Source of the DNA: Eubacteriales bacterium | Lineage (GTDB): Bacteria > Bacillota > Clostridia > Oscillospirales > RGIG5299 | Direction of reading: 5' to 3' | Assembly: GCA_045542315.1 (NCBI GenBank) | Contig: JAZQKU010000075.1 | Span: forward strand, 3,700-67,699 | DNA: 64,000 nucleotides | In this document: positions 31,695-41,390 of the stretch, piece after piece | Layout of the letters: each line of letters begins with the position of its first letter | Numbering within the stretch: position 1 is the first letter of the stretch | Notes under the pieces: generated by a model | Database searches by the model: none | The model's input: the letters and a program-made list of their open reading frames with translations, nothing else | Told to the model about the DNA's origin: nothing | Program-made: the position numbers and the translations under genes

Positions 31695-32071
31695 GACAAA
31701 TCAATCCTTTCTGTATAGGATTATAACAAATATTTTAATATATTACAAGAGGAAAAGGAAAATTGAGCAATTTTTTGACATCGAGAGCAATTTATTGCAT
31801 ATTTGCGGCAACTGTTTGACGCCGTTTTGTTGAATTTTGTAAAAATTGCAGAGAAAAAATCGTCAAAAGAAGGTTAAAAACCAAAAAATAAGATAATAAC
31901 GGTAAACTTGAAAACAAAAACAAAGATAATTTGTAATATATAAACAAAACCGCAAAATTCTCAAAACCAAAAGCTGTTTTATAGGAATTTTGTTAAAAGA
32001 GGATTTATTGTTTTGCAAATTGTAAAAATATGGTAAAATTTAAAACAACGTTCAAAGAAAGGAGAGAAACG

Positions 32072-32845
32072 ATGGAAAAAATCAAGGTAATTATTTTAGA
32101 TGACAGCACGACCTTCAGAAATCAGATGTCGATCGAGCTTCATCGAAAGGATTTTGAAATTGTCGGCGTAAGCGGAAACGGCGAAGAGGGAATAAAGCTC
32201 ATAAAGAGCGAGCGTCCCGACGTTGTAATAACCGATATTCTGCTTTCGGGAATCGACGGAATCGGAGTTATAAAAAAGATAAAGGAAGAAAATTTAAGGC
32301 GCGCACCCGTTTTTATAATAGCGACCAAGCTTTCAAGCGACTATCTCATGAGGGAGGCGAACGCTCTCGGAGTTGGCTATTATCTGTTAAAGCCGGTAAC
32401 TCCCGAGATCCTTTGTGAGAGGATCTCGAAGATAGCGGCGGCAAGAGGTAGAGCGGTAACGGAGCCGACGGCAGAGGGAAGCTTCTCGGGCGAGCTTGAA
32501 AGAGAGGTTACCGACTGCATTTTAGAGCTTGGTATTCCCGCACATATAAAGGGCTACTATTACATAAGAACGGCAATAATTATGGCAATGGAAAATCCCG
32601 AGCTTTTACACGCGGTAACGAAGATACTTTATCCCTCTATTGCAAAGAAATTTCAAACCACGCCCTCCCGCGTTGAACGGGCGATCCGCCACGCCATTGA
32701 GGTATCGTGGGAAAGAGGGGATATTGAGAAGCTTCAGGCGGTTTTCGGCTACACCGTTTCTGTAAGCAAGGGAAAGCCCACCAATTCGGAGTTTATCGCG
32801 CTTCTTGCAGATAAGCTTCGCTTAAAGCACAAAATAGCGGTGTAA
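32072..32845 (+). CDS. spo0A: sporulation master regulator Spo0A
   Basis: A receiver domain (VIILDDS ... [14 protein letters not shown]) is followed by the Spo0A C-terminal signature [20 protein letters not shown]...[15 protein letters not shown]. The ATG at 32072 follows AAGGAGAG. Confidence 0.93.
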   Translation: MEKIKVIILDDSTTFRNQMSIELHRKDFEIVGVSGNGEEGIKLIKSERPDVVITDILLSGIDGIGVIKKIKEENLRRAPVFIIATKLSSDYLMREANALGVGYYLLKPVTPEILCERISKIAAARGRAVTEPTAEGSFSGELEREVTDCILELGIPAHIKGYYYIRTAIIMAMENPELLHAVTKILYPSIAKKFQTTPSRVERAIRHAIEVSWERGDIEKLQAVFGYTVSVSKGKPTNSEFIALLADKLRLKHKIAV

Positions 32846-32879
32846 AAAATTCCCGTCGGAGCTCCGACGGGAATTTTTT
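32845..32879 (+). terminator. rho-independent terminator after spo0A
   Basis: aaaaattcccgtcgg-agc-tccgacgggaatttttt, a perfect stem with a T-run. Confidence 0.85.
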
Positions 32880-32880
32880 G

Positions 32881-32909
32881 TTGCAATGAAAAGTGAAATA
32901 TGATATTAT
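32881..32909 (+). promoter_or_regulatory. sigma-A-type promoter (TTGCAA-17 nt-TATTAT)
   Basis: TTGCAA at 32881-32886, a 17-nt spacer, and TATTAT at 32904-32909. Confidence 0.5.
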
Positions 32910-32939
32910 ATAACCATAAAAAGATCGGAGAAAGAAGAA

Positions 32940-33290
32940 ATGAAAAGCATAAACGGAAGATCTCTCGTTTTTTCAGCTGTGTTTTTTCTCATAATTTCAG
33001 TTTTGCCCGTGGCAATGATAAAGCTCATAGGCTTTTTGTTTACGGACGAGGTGGCCTCGGTGCTTTTGCAGCTTACAGACTCGTTTACCGTCCCGCCCTT
33101 TGCCGTTACGCTTTTGCTCGCGGCGATATTTTATCTTTTCAATGCAAAAAAAGAAGCTCGAAAATGGCAAAAGGCGGTTTTTTATCCTGTGTTTTGCCTT
33201 ATCTCTTTTGCGGTATCGCTTCTTCTGACCACCGTTAACGGCGTGCCCGTTTTCGTGGTTTTAAAGGCGGCTCTGGAGGTGTTTATATGA
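32940..33290 (+). CDS. small integral membrane protein, unknown function
   Basis: 116 aa with 3-4 hydrophobic helices. RBS GGAGAAAG. ATGA overlap with the next gene. Confidence 0.6.
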   Translation: MKSINGRSLVFSAVFFLIISVLPVAMIKLIGFLFTDEVASVLLQLTDSFTVPPFAVTLLLAAIFYLFNAKKEARKWQKAVFYPVFCLISFAVSLLLTTVNGVPVFVVLKAALEVFI

Positions 33291-34705
33291 AAAAGGCGGC
33301 ATTGATAATTATCTCTCTTGTTCTTCTCTTTTCGCTCTTTTCGGGCTGTGCCGTTAACCGCGGCATAAGCGGCTTTTCCGAAGAAGGAGAAAGCTTTTTT
33401 GCGGGCTTCGGAAAGTGCGAGATAAAAATACCCGATTACGAGCCCCTGTATATTGCCGGTTACCGAAACGGCTACGGGATAACGGGGGTGCTTGACCCGC
33501 TTTATTCCCGTGCAGTTGCCCTTTCGGTGGGCGGTAAAACAATCGTTGCCGTCGCGGTCGATTGCGTGGGACTTGCTTCCGGCACGGTAAACGATATAAA
33601 ACGCGAAATGAAAAAGAACCCCTTGCTTTCAGAGGTTGAAATAACGGTAAGCGCCACCCACACTCACGCGGGAATTGATACGATGGGTCTTTGGGGAAAA
33701 GTCGCAGAGGACGGTAAAAGCCCCGCTTTTATGGAAGCGGTAAAGGCGTCTGCGGCGTCTGCGGCGGTTGCGGCTGCTTCCGATATGAGAGAGGGAAGCC
33801 TTTATTTTTCAAAGGCCTCGGTAAAGGAGCTCCTTTACGATTCGAGAATGCCAAAGGCTTATGATGAAAACGTCTATCAGATAAGATTTGAGCCGAGTGA
33901 CGGAGGCGCGGGCTTTCGCATAATAAATCTCGGGGCGCACGCCGAGGCGCTTCGCTCTGAAAACACCCTCGCAAGTCCCGATTATCCCGCACACACGGGC
34001 AAATATATCTTCGAAAAAACGGGTGACGAATATATTTATTTCGCAGGGGCGCTCGGAGGTCTTATCTATACGAAAATGCAAAAGGACGCAAACGGCGTCG
34101 AGCTTGCCCCAACCGAAAACGTGAAGAAAACGGGAGAAAGGATAGGGGAGGCGCTCCTTTCGGTAACGGAGGAAAGGAAGCTTTCCCCGACCCTTTCCTT
34201 TGCAACGGTGTCGGTGACGCTTCCGATTGAAAACAACACCTTCGTTGCCCTTCGTGCCCTCGGAGTTCTCGAAAACGAGTTTGTTTACAACGGCGCGGGC
34301 AAGCTCGGAGTGTCGGCAAAAAGCAGACTTTCGCTTTTGAGGATAGGGGAGGTAACGGCGGCGTTGGTTCCCGGGGAGCTTTTCCCCGAGCTTGCCTACG
34401 GACTTCCCGAATTCACCGAGTTTTATTCGGTGAACGGACGTGTTAAAAACCCAAAAACCTTCAAGGAGATTTTAAATACCGACGAATTTCTCGTTTTCGG
34501 TCTTACCGACGACGAAATAGGATATATCGTGCCGCCCAATGATTTTCTTCTTCACGAAAGCTCTCCCTATCTGGAGGAGGCGCGTGACGGCTACGGCAGA
34601 AATCATTACGAGGAAACGAATTCGCTTTCTCCGCACACCGCGGGGCTTATTGCAAAAGCTCTTGAAGAACTTGCGGCATCGCCTTTTATGAGCAAAATAG
34701 GCTGA
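33287..34705 (+). CDS. lipoprotein, neutral/alkaline ceramidase-N-terminal-domain-like hydrolase
   Basis: 472 aa with lipobox LFSGC. The SATHTHAG motif and overall layout recall bacterial neutral-ceramidase-like proteins. The assignment is from memory and is not secure. Confidence 0.5.
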   Translation: MKKAALIIISLVLLFSLFSGCAVNRGISGFSEEGESFFAGFGKCEIKIPDYEPLYIAGYRNGYGITGVLDPLYSRAVALSVGGKTIVAVAVDCVGLASGTVNDIKREMKKNPLLSEVEITVSATHTHAGIDTMGLWGKVAEDGKSPAFMEAVKASAASAAVAAASDMREGSLYFSKASVKELLYDSRMPKAYDENVYQIRFEPSDGGAGFRIINLGAHAEALRSENTLASPDYPAHTGKYIFEKTGDEYIYFAGALGGLIYTKMQKDANGVELAPTENVKKTGERIGEALLSVTEERKLSPTLSFATVSVTLPIENNTFVALRALGVLENEFVYNGAGKLGVSAKSRLSLLRIGEVTAALVPGELFPELAYGLPEFTEFYSVNGRVKNPKTFKEILNTDEFLVFGLTDDEIGYIVPPNDFLLHESSPYLEEARDGYGRNHYEETNSLSPHTAGLIAKALEELAASPFMSKIG

Positions 34706-34747
34706 TGAACCCGAAAATTTTTCACCTGTCCACGTTTTTTCGGGGGG

Positions 34748-34776
34748 TTGAAATTCACAAAAAAATATGTTATAAT
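34748..34776 (+). promoter_or_regulatory. sigma-A promoter (TTGAAA-17 nt-TATAAT, TGn extended -10)
   Basis: TTGAAA at 34748-34753, a spacer ending in TGT, and TATAAT at 34771-34776. Confidence 0.6.
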
Positions 34777-34797
34777 GAAACCAAAGGAGATGATATT

Positions 34798-36663
34798 ATG
34801 AAAAAGTTATTTGCTTTATTGGTTGGGCTTACAATGGTCGCTGTCACGGCGGCGTGCACAGTTACCGAGGGCGGAAGCTCTCTTCCCGTTGGCTCCGAAG
34901 CCTCGTCGGAGGCAGGCTCCTCGGGGGCAGCTTCTTCAGAGGTATCGTCGTCTGAGGTGAATTCATCTGAAGCGTCGTCGGATGCTACTTCCTCCGAAAC
35001 AACCTCAAACAGCTCGGAGGTTGAAGGAAAAAAGAAATTCTACTCGCTCGATGAGATTGGAAGTTATGTCGCAAGCTGTATTAACGGTAAGGATTTCAAC
35101 GCACTTTCAGAGGCTTTCCCAAATTATAATACGTCAACGAATAAATATGAGAAATTCGATTACTCGGCGCTTGCGTCTCTTGAGGGCATCGAGGCGTCTT
35201 ATGAGGTGGAGGATGAAGGGGTGGAAAGCGTTATACTGACGCTAAACGTCCCCGAACCGAAGAATACCCCTCTCTTAAAGGGCGAAAATAAAATTCAGCT
35301 GTTTTTTATGCAAGACCAAGATACTAGCTTTGGCTTGATCTACGCGGTAAGAGTAGGCATCTCTGACGACGCTCTTGAAAAAGCGTTCGGCGTAAACAGA
35401 TTCGATGCGGGTGTGTTCGATTTTCTGTTAAACGTGACTAAATTGAAGCCGTTTGCTTCGTTCGATGAAATAGCGGCTATAGACGTTAATTTGGTGGTAA
35501 GCTTAAACGTCGGTACGGCTGAAATGGGCGACGTTGATATTCTTAACGGTGTGGTTGAGCAATTCTTCGGTGTAAGCGATTATTACAGAGTGGAAAACGG
35601 AAAGATAGTTGCTGAAAACGGCGAGGAATATATGGATATCTGCGCAAGCGGCTGGCATATCGGCGGAATCGGAGCATCTATATTTGATTACACCGTTTCG
35701 GGCGATACCGTTACGGTAAGAGTTATCGATACCTGCGATCCGCTCGGAATTATCATTGAGGGCGGCTGTGAATATACAATAAAGCTCGTTGAGGGCGGCT
35801 ATAACATAGTTTCAGGAAAGCAAATCGACGCATCGGAGTTTTTTAATTTAGCGGTAAAAAGCTATTTTTCCACTCCAAAGGAAATGGGAGATTATATCGT
35901 AAGATGCTTTGATGAAAAGCGCTTTGATATTCTTGCAAAGGCGTTTTCGCCAAGCTATGATATTTACGATTATTCGGTGCTTTCCTCGCTTGACGGTATC
36001 GAGGTATCGTATGAGGTCAAAGCCGCAGATGATTACTACGCGACGGTTTGCCTGATGCTGAACGTTCCCGATCCGAAAAATACCGCAATGATTGCCGGAA
36101 TGAATAAAATAACGCTTAATCTGCACAATTACGGCGACGGTTTTTACCTGTTGGCCGCAACGAGAGAGCCGAACGAGCCGGTTGATCTTACGGCGGCGCT
36201 TGGAGTGTCGCACGATTGGGACACCATTCCTTTTACCGAATTTTTGAATCACACCAAGCTAAAAACCTTTGATTCCACCGCAGAGCTTACAACCAACGAT
36301 ATAGAATCGGCGATTTCTTACCTTATTGGCAATCCGGACAATCTCGATAAGGTAAACAACGCCATTTATGAATATTTCGGTATTGAAAACTATTGCAGTA
36401 TGGAAAACGGCTTGATTGTTGACAAAAACGGTATGGAGTTCCCCGGCGTTGGTCTTACGGTTGTCGGAATAAACTCAAGCCGCGGTGCATCGTATTACTC
36501 TTACACCACCTCGGGCAAGGTGGTTACGATAAGAATTTTGGCAACCCTTGACCCGCTTGGATTATTCCTCGATGAGTTTGTTGACTACACGGTAGAGCTT
36601 TCTGAAAACAGCTACAGAATAATCTCCGCGGTGTCAGTTCCCGTAACCGAGCTTTTAAATTAA
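34798..36663 (+). CDS. lipoprotein with a Ser-rich linker and an internally duplicated domain of about 270 aa
   Basis: The ATG at 34798 follows AAAGGAGA. The lipobox is VTAAC. The linker is of the SSEASSEAGSSGAASSEVSSSEV type. The two halves share the pattern ...DYSxLxSLxGIExSYEV...LNVPxPKNT.... The ORF-track start at 34705 is upstream of the promoter. Confidence 0.75.
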   Translation: MKKLFALLVGLTMVAVTAACTVTEGGSSLPVGSEASSEAGSSGAASSEVSSSEVNSSEASSDATSSETTSNSSEVEGKKKFYSLDEIGSYVASCINGKDFNALSEAFPNYNTSTNKYEKFDYSALASLEGIEASYEVEDEGVESVILTLNVPEPKNTPLLKGENKIQLFFMQDQDTSFGLIYAVRVGISDDALEKAFGVNRFDAGVFDFLLNVTKLKPFASFDEIAAIDVNLVVSLNVGTAEMGDVDILNGVVEQFFGVSDYYRVENGKIVAENGEEYMDICASGWHIGGIGASIFDYTVSGDTVTVRVIDTCDPLGIIIEGGCEYTIKLVEGGYNIVSGKQIDASEFFNLAVKSYFSTPKEMGDYIVRCFDEKRFDILAKAFSPSYDIYDYSVLSSLDGIEVSYEVKAADDYYATVCLMLNVPDPKNTAMIAGMNKITLNLHNYGDGFYLLAATREPNEPVDLTAALGVSHDWDTIPFTEFLNHTKLKTFDSTAELTTNDIESAISYLIGNPDNLDKVNNAIYEYFGIENYCSMENGLIVDKNGMEFPGVGLTVVGINSSRGASYYSYTTSGKVVTIRILATLDPLGLFLDEFVDYTVELSENSYRIISAVSVPVTELLN

Positions 36664-36676
36664 AACCCACAAATTT

Positions 36677-36709
36677 AACCGCAGGCAGAAGCCTGCGGTT
36701 TTGTTTTTT
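36677..36709 (+). terminator. rho-independent terminator
   Basis: aaccgcaggc-agaa-gcctgcggtt followed by ttgtttttt. Confidence 0.85.
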
Positions 36710-36828
36710 GAAAATCAGCAAAAAAGTTGATGAAAATGGAAATTTTCGGTTGTGTTTTTGCTGTATTTGTGATATACTTAAAATACTGTATTTTATAATT
36801 ATAAAAATAAAAGAAAGGAAGTGCGGCT

Positions 36829-37524
36829 TTGTCGATAACAACCGAAAGAAGCTTTCGCCACGAGTTTAAATATTTCGTGAACAATTCCGATATATGGCAG
36901 CTTCGCAACCGTCTGCGGTTCGTAATGGAAAAGGACTTGAACGTTTCCAAAAACGGGCGCTACAAAATTAAAAGTCTTTACTTCGACAACGCTTACGACG
37001 ATGCTTTGAAGGAAAAGTACGATGGCATTTCCGACAGAGAAAAATTCCGAATAAGGCTTTATAACGATGATGACAGCTTTATAAGGCTTGAAAAGAAGCT
37101 CAAGCACAACGGTCTTAACGAAAAGACGAGCGCAAGGCTCACAAGAGAACAGGTCGAGGCGCTGCTCAAGGGCGATTACGATTGGCTCAAGAGCTTTGAC
37201 AAGGAAATTTACGCAGATTTTTACTATAATCTCCGAGTTAAAGGATTAAGACCGAAAACAATAGTTCAATATATAAGAGAGCCATACGTTTACCGCTACG
37301 GAAACGTGCGAGTCACCATCGACAGCGACGTGCGCACAGGCTTAAACAGCGTTGATCTTTTCGATAAGGAGCTGCTTACCGTTCCCGTTCTGGAAAGCGG
37401 AAAGTCGATTTTGGAGATCAAATACGACGAGTATTTGCCCGATATAATCAAAACACTCACCCAGATAGGCGCAAGAGAGAGAACCCAGGCATCGAAATAC
37501 GCCGCCTGCAGAATTTATTTATGA
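36829..37524 (+). CDS. VTC-domain (polyphosphate-polymerase-like / CYTH-like) protein
   Basis: 231 aa with a TTG start after AAAGGAAG. The N-terminal FRHEFKY and the Arg/Lys/Glu-rich beta-tunnel-like pattern are as recalled for bacterial VTC-domain proteins that sit next to DUF4956 and CotH genes. Confidence 0.6.
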   Translation: MSITTERSFRHEFKYFVNNSDIWQLRNRLRFVMEKDLNVSKNGRYKIKSLYFDNAYDDALKEKYDGISDREKFRIRLYNDDDSFIRLEKKLKHNGLNEKTSARLTREQVEALLKGDYDWLKSFDKEIYADFYYNLRVKGLRPKTIVQYIREPYVYRYGNVRVTIDSDVRTGLNSVDLFDKELLTVPVLESGKSILEIKYDEYLPDIIKTLTQIGARERTQASKYAACRIYL

Positions 37525-37536
37525 GGAGAAAAAATC

Positions 37537-38220
37537 ATGGTTTACGCATTATCCTTTTCAGACGTTTTCAAAAACAGCTTTTTCAACAACTTTGAAAGCA
37601 TTGAGCCCTGGCAGATAGCTCTTGCATTTGGCTTTTCGCTTCTTTTGAGCATTGGCATCTTCTACGTTTATAAGTACACCTTCTCGGGCGTTCTTTATTC
37701 AAAGAGCCTTGGCTTTACCTTCGTTATTCTCTCGCTCGTTACCACCTTGGTAATTATGGCGGTATCTTCTAACATGATACTTTCACTCGGTATGGTCGGT
37801 GCTCTTTCGATCGTTCGTTTCCGTGCGGCAATCAAGGAGCCGGTTGACATCGGCTTTATCTTCTGGGCACTTGCGGTAGGTATCGTAAACGGCGCAGGAC
37901 TTTTTGCACTTTCGGTTGTAGGCTCGGTTGTAATTGCAGCCGTAGTTCTTGTTTTTGCAAACCTCAAATCGAAATACAATCCCTACGTTCTCGTTATCGA
38001 CCTTGAGCCCGAATACAACGAGGAAAAGCTCATGGCTTTCCTTAAAGCAAGATGTAAGATGTTCTCGGTTAAATCAAAAACCATCGGCGCAAACGGCGCA
38101 GATATTACCGTTGAGGTAAGAATTGAGGATAGCGGCGTTAAAATCGTAAACGAGCTTAACCGCTTTGACTTTGTAAGAAGCGCAGCTTTGATAAGCTTTA
38201 ACGGCGACTACGCAGGATAA
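37537..38220 (+). CDS. DUF4956-family membrane protein
   Basis: 227 aa with 4-5 TM helices and the conserved LSIVRFRAAIKEPVD motif. Confidence 0.65.
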   Translation: MVYALSFSDVFKNSFFNNFESIEPWQIALAFGFSLLLSIGIFYVYKYTFSGVLYSKSLGFTFVILSLVTTLVIMAVSSNMILSLGMVGALSIVRFRAAIKEPVDIGFIFWALAVGIVNGAGLFALSVVGSVVIAAVVLVFANLKSKYNPYVLVIDLEPEYNEEKLMAFLKARCKMFSVKSKTIGANGADITVEVRIEDSGVKIVNELNRFDFVRSAALISFNGDYAG

Positions 38221-38243
38221 TAAAAAGTAAGGAGATCCGAAGG

Positions 38244-41200
38244 ATGAAAAAGCTTTCATCTATAATTAAACGCAGCCTGTCGGCGCTTTTGGCGGCGTCA
38301 ATGCTGCTTTGCGTTTCCTGCGGGACTGCCGGATCGATAGTTTCGGGCGCGCTTCTCGACAAAGAGATTTACGTAAGCGAGTTTATGGCGCTTAACACCA
38401 ATACCATTATCGATATGGACGGCGAGCCCGAGGATTGGATCGAAATAAGAAACAACTCGGATAAGGATATAAATCTTATAGGCTACACCCTCTCCGATGA
38501 CCCCGAAAAGCCCGACAAATGGGAATTTCCCGATTGCACGGTAGCGGCGCACGGTCATATTCTCGTTTTCGCATCGGGTAAAAACAGGGAGATAAACGGT
38601 GAGATTCACACCAACTTCTCGCTTTCCTCCTCGGGAGAGAGAATAATTCTCACCACCTCAAGAGGCAAGGTCGTATCAGATATCGAATACGGCAAGCAAA
38701 ACGCCGATATCTCGATGGGCGTTGCCCTTGAAAACGGCGTAAGAAAGCTCGTAAACTTCTACGAGGCAACTCCCGGTCTTGAAAACGCGGGCGAATATAT
38801 CGACGTGGGAAAGGTCATTGAGCAGTCGGATTTCGCACTTCTCATTAACGAGATAACCCCCAGAAACGCATACAGCTACTACACCCAGAGCGGCAGCTAT
38901 GAGCAGTGGGTGGAAATTATAAACAGATCAGATAAGGCGGTAAAGGTTTCGGAATATTATCTTTCCGACGATGCCGAAAAGCCGCTCAAATACCGTCTGC
39001 CCGACGTAACGCTCGAGGCGGGCGAAACGGTTGTGATATTCGTTTCGGGAGAGGGAACTACCTTTGCCGACATCGAAGAATATCACACCAACTTCTCAAT
39101 GAGTGCAGAGGAAACCACACTCTATCTTGCACACGTTTCGGGAGCAACCGTAGATGCGGTTGAGTTATCCCCCGAAATGAAAAAGAATAACAGCTACGGA
39201 CGAAGCCTTGCAGACCCCGAAAAGTGGGTTTACTATGCACGTCCCACCCCCAATAAACCGAACACAACACAGGAATTTGAATCTTTGACAAAGGCGGCGG
39301 AGCTTACATCTTCGTCGCTTATTGTAACTGAAGTATCCACCGCAAACGTTTCGGGATTAAAGCTTACCAACAAGACATACGCCAAAAACCACGGTCTTGT
39401 TTACTCATTTATGTATTATGCCGACTGGCTTGAGCTTTATAATCCCACCGATAGCGAGATAAGCCTTTCCGATTATATTCTCGGAAACGATAAAGCGCTT
39501 TTAACAAGCTTTGCCACCCTTCCCGATTACAAGATCGCACCCGGTGAATATAAGATCGTTTTTATCGGTCTTGAAGAGGACTATTACGTTAAAAGCAGTG
39601 AGGAAATAGGCTCGGTGCTTCATCTTTCCGCCGAGGGCGACACCGTTTTTCTTGTTTTGAAGGAAAGCGGCGAGGTAGTTGACTTTATGGAAACGGGCAG
39701 GCAGTTTGACTACGTGACCGTTGGCAGAAAGGGCACTGTAAGCTCCGAAGCCTACTATTTTCAGAAGGCAACTCCCGGCTCGGAAAATATCTACGACGGC
39801 GTTAACAAGGTGAGCCGACAGCCCGAATTTTCGGTTGACGGCGGCATCGTTCCCGAGGGCACCGTTATAACACTTACGCCTCCCACTCCGTCGGCAAAGA
39901 TCTATTACACCACCGACGGCAGTATGCCAAACGCCTCCTCCAAGCTTTATACCGACGGTATAAAAATCAACAAGACCACCGTTATAAGAGCCGTTGCCGT
40001 TGAGGAGGGCAAGCTCGTTTCGATAGACGTGACGAGAACCTTTTTCGTAAACGTGAGCCACACCCTTACCGTGCTTTCGGTTTCGGGCGACCCCGAGGGA
40101 TTTTATAACGACGAATACGGACTTTTCGGATATCCCTACGACGGTGTTTCCACCACTCACGGCGGATATATAACAAAGCTCAAAAACAGAGGTCTTAAAA
40201 GCGTTAAGACGTCGGGCAGCATTGAGTTTTACAAGGACGGCAACTTAAATCTTCAGTTCGATGGCGAGCTTTCGCTTTTCGGTCAGTACAGCCTTGTTAC
40301 CGACCAGAAATCCTTTAAGGTCGAGCTTAAGAGCAAATACGGAATAGACGAGATAAACTATCCTCTTATTGAAACCAACGAGATAAACTATTACACCGAT
40401 TTCGTGCTCCGTCAGGGCGGCTACCCCGACAGCTCCCGCACGAGAATTTTAGACCTAACCTTTGCAAGACTTGCAAAGACCTCACTTGATATCGACGTTA
40501 TGGACGGCATTCCCGTCGTAGTTTATATAAACGGTGAATATCACGGACTTTATAATCTCCGTGAAAGATTTGACGTTGACTATATCGTAAACCACTACGG
40601 CTCAAATCCCGAGGACGTGGATATGATAAAGGGAAACAAGACCATTCTCTACGGCTCTCTTGCCGATTACAACGCCCTTAAGGCATATGTCACCACTCAC
40701 GATCTTTCGGTTAAGGAGTATTACGATTACGTTTGCTCGCAGGTAGATATCGAAAGCCTTATGAACTGGTGGGCAATGGAAAGCTTTTTGGTAAACACCG
40801 ACTCGGGTAACATCAAATTCTTTAGAGATAAGGCAAACGGTAAGTGGCGATGGTTTTTGTTTGACCTCGACTGGTCGCTTTTCGGCTCGAATTATCTCGG
40901 CACCTACGATATGCTCCGTCAGTTTGCCTTCGACCCTGCCGGTCACGGAATAGGGAACGGCTTTGAAACCTGGCTTACCTGCGGACTCGTTAAAAACAAG
41001 GACTTCAAGGAACGCTTTATTCACAGATATATGTACGTTATCCATTACGTTTTCGAGGATAACCGTGTAAGCGATACGGTTGATTACCTTTCATCTCTTA
41101 TTGAGAGCGAAATTCCGAACCATATAAAGAGATGGAAGACCGAGAACGATAACTACGCAAATAACGAATACCGCTCTTCACCCGGCTCACTTTCGGGCTG

Positions 41201-41390
41201 GAAAAATGCGGTTGAGGGCATAAAGACACGCGTTCAGAAGAGAAAGCCCTACGCTCTTAAGGAAATAAAGAATTTCTTTAAGCTTACCGATGCCGAAATG
41301 GAATATTATGCAACCCACGATATCGACGGCAACCCCTACGTTCTTTACGATATGCACGGAAACGTTGTAGAGCCGGAGGCGGCGTTATGA
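38244..41390 (+). CDS. CotH-family atypical kinase-fold protein with three lamin-tail domains and an Fn3-associated (YYTTDGS) domain
   Basis: 1048 aa with a lipoprotein-type signal (LLCVSCG). The lamin-tail domain signatures are DWIEIRNNSDKDINLIGYTLSDD, QWVEIINRSDKAVKVSEYYLSDD and DWLELYNPTDSEISLSDYILGND. The IYYTTDGSMP motif is present. The C-terminal region is CotH-like (NGEYHGLYNLRERFD, NIKFFRD, WRWFLFDLDWS). Confidence 0.75.
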   Translation: MKKLSSIIKRSLSALLAASMLLCVSCGTAGSIVSGALLDKEIYVSEFMALNTNTIIDMDGEPEDWIEIRNNSDKDINLIGYTLSDDPEKPDKWEFPDCTVAAHGHILVFASGKNREINGEIHTNFSLSSSGERIILTTSRGKVVSDIEYGKQNADISMGVALENGVRKLVNFYEATPGLENAGEYIDVGKVIEQSDFALLINEITPRNAYSYYTQSGSYEQWVEIINRSDKAVKVSEYYLSDDAEKPLKYRLPDVTLEAGETVVIFVSGEGTTFADIEEYHTNFSMSAEETTLYLAHVSGATVDAVELSPEMKKNNSYGRSLADPEKWVYYARPTPNKPNTTQEFESLTKAAELTSSSLIVTEVSTANVSGLKLTNKTYAKNHGLVYSFMYYADWLELYNPTDSEISLSDYILGNDKALLTSFATLPDYKIAPGEYKIVFIGLEEDYYVKSSEEIGSVLHLSAEGDTVFLVLKESGEVVDFMETGRQFDYVTVGRKGTVSSEAYYFQKATPGSENIYDGVNKVSRQPEFSVDGGIVPEGTVITLTPPTPSAKIYYTTDGSMPNASSKLYTDGIKINKTTVIRAVAVEEGKLVSIDVTRTFFVNVSHTLTVLSVSGDPEGFYNDEYGLFGYPYDGVSTTHGGYITKLKNRGLKSVKTSGSIEFYKDGNLNLQFDGELSLFGQYSLVTDQKSFKVELKSKYGIDEINYPLIETNEINYYTDFVLRQGGYPDSSRTRILDLTFARLAKTSLDIDVMDGIPVVVYINGEYHGLYNLRERFDVDYIVNHYGSNPEDVDMIKGNKTILYGSLADYNALKAYVTTHDLSVKEYYDYVCSQVDIESLMNWWAMESFLVNTDSGNIKFFRDKANGKWRWFLFDLDWSLFGSNYLGTYDMLRQFAFDPAGHGIGNGFETWLTCGLVKNKDFKERFIHRYMYVIHYVFEDNRVSDTVDYLSSLIESEIPNHIKRWKTENDNYANNEYRSSPGSLSGWKNAVEGIKTRVQKRKPYALKEIKNFFKLTDAEMEYYATHDIDGNPYVLYDMHGNVVEPEAAL

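Noticed and set aside
31695-32071. Spo0A boxes and sigma-H/sigma-A promoters upstream of spo0A.
   Set aside because: Several TTGACA-like and TATAAT-like hexamers exist in this AT-rich 375-nt region. I found no exact TGTCGAA 0A box and could not single out a promoter with confidence.
39501-41045. Minus-strand ORFs 39501..40160 and 40602..41045.
   Set aside because: They are antisense within the CotH-family gene, and no motifs were recognised.
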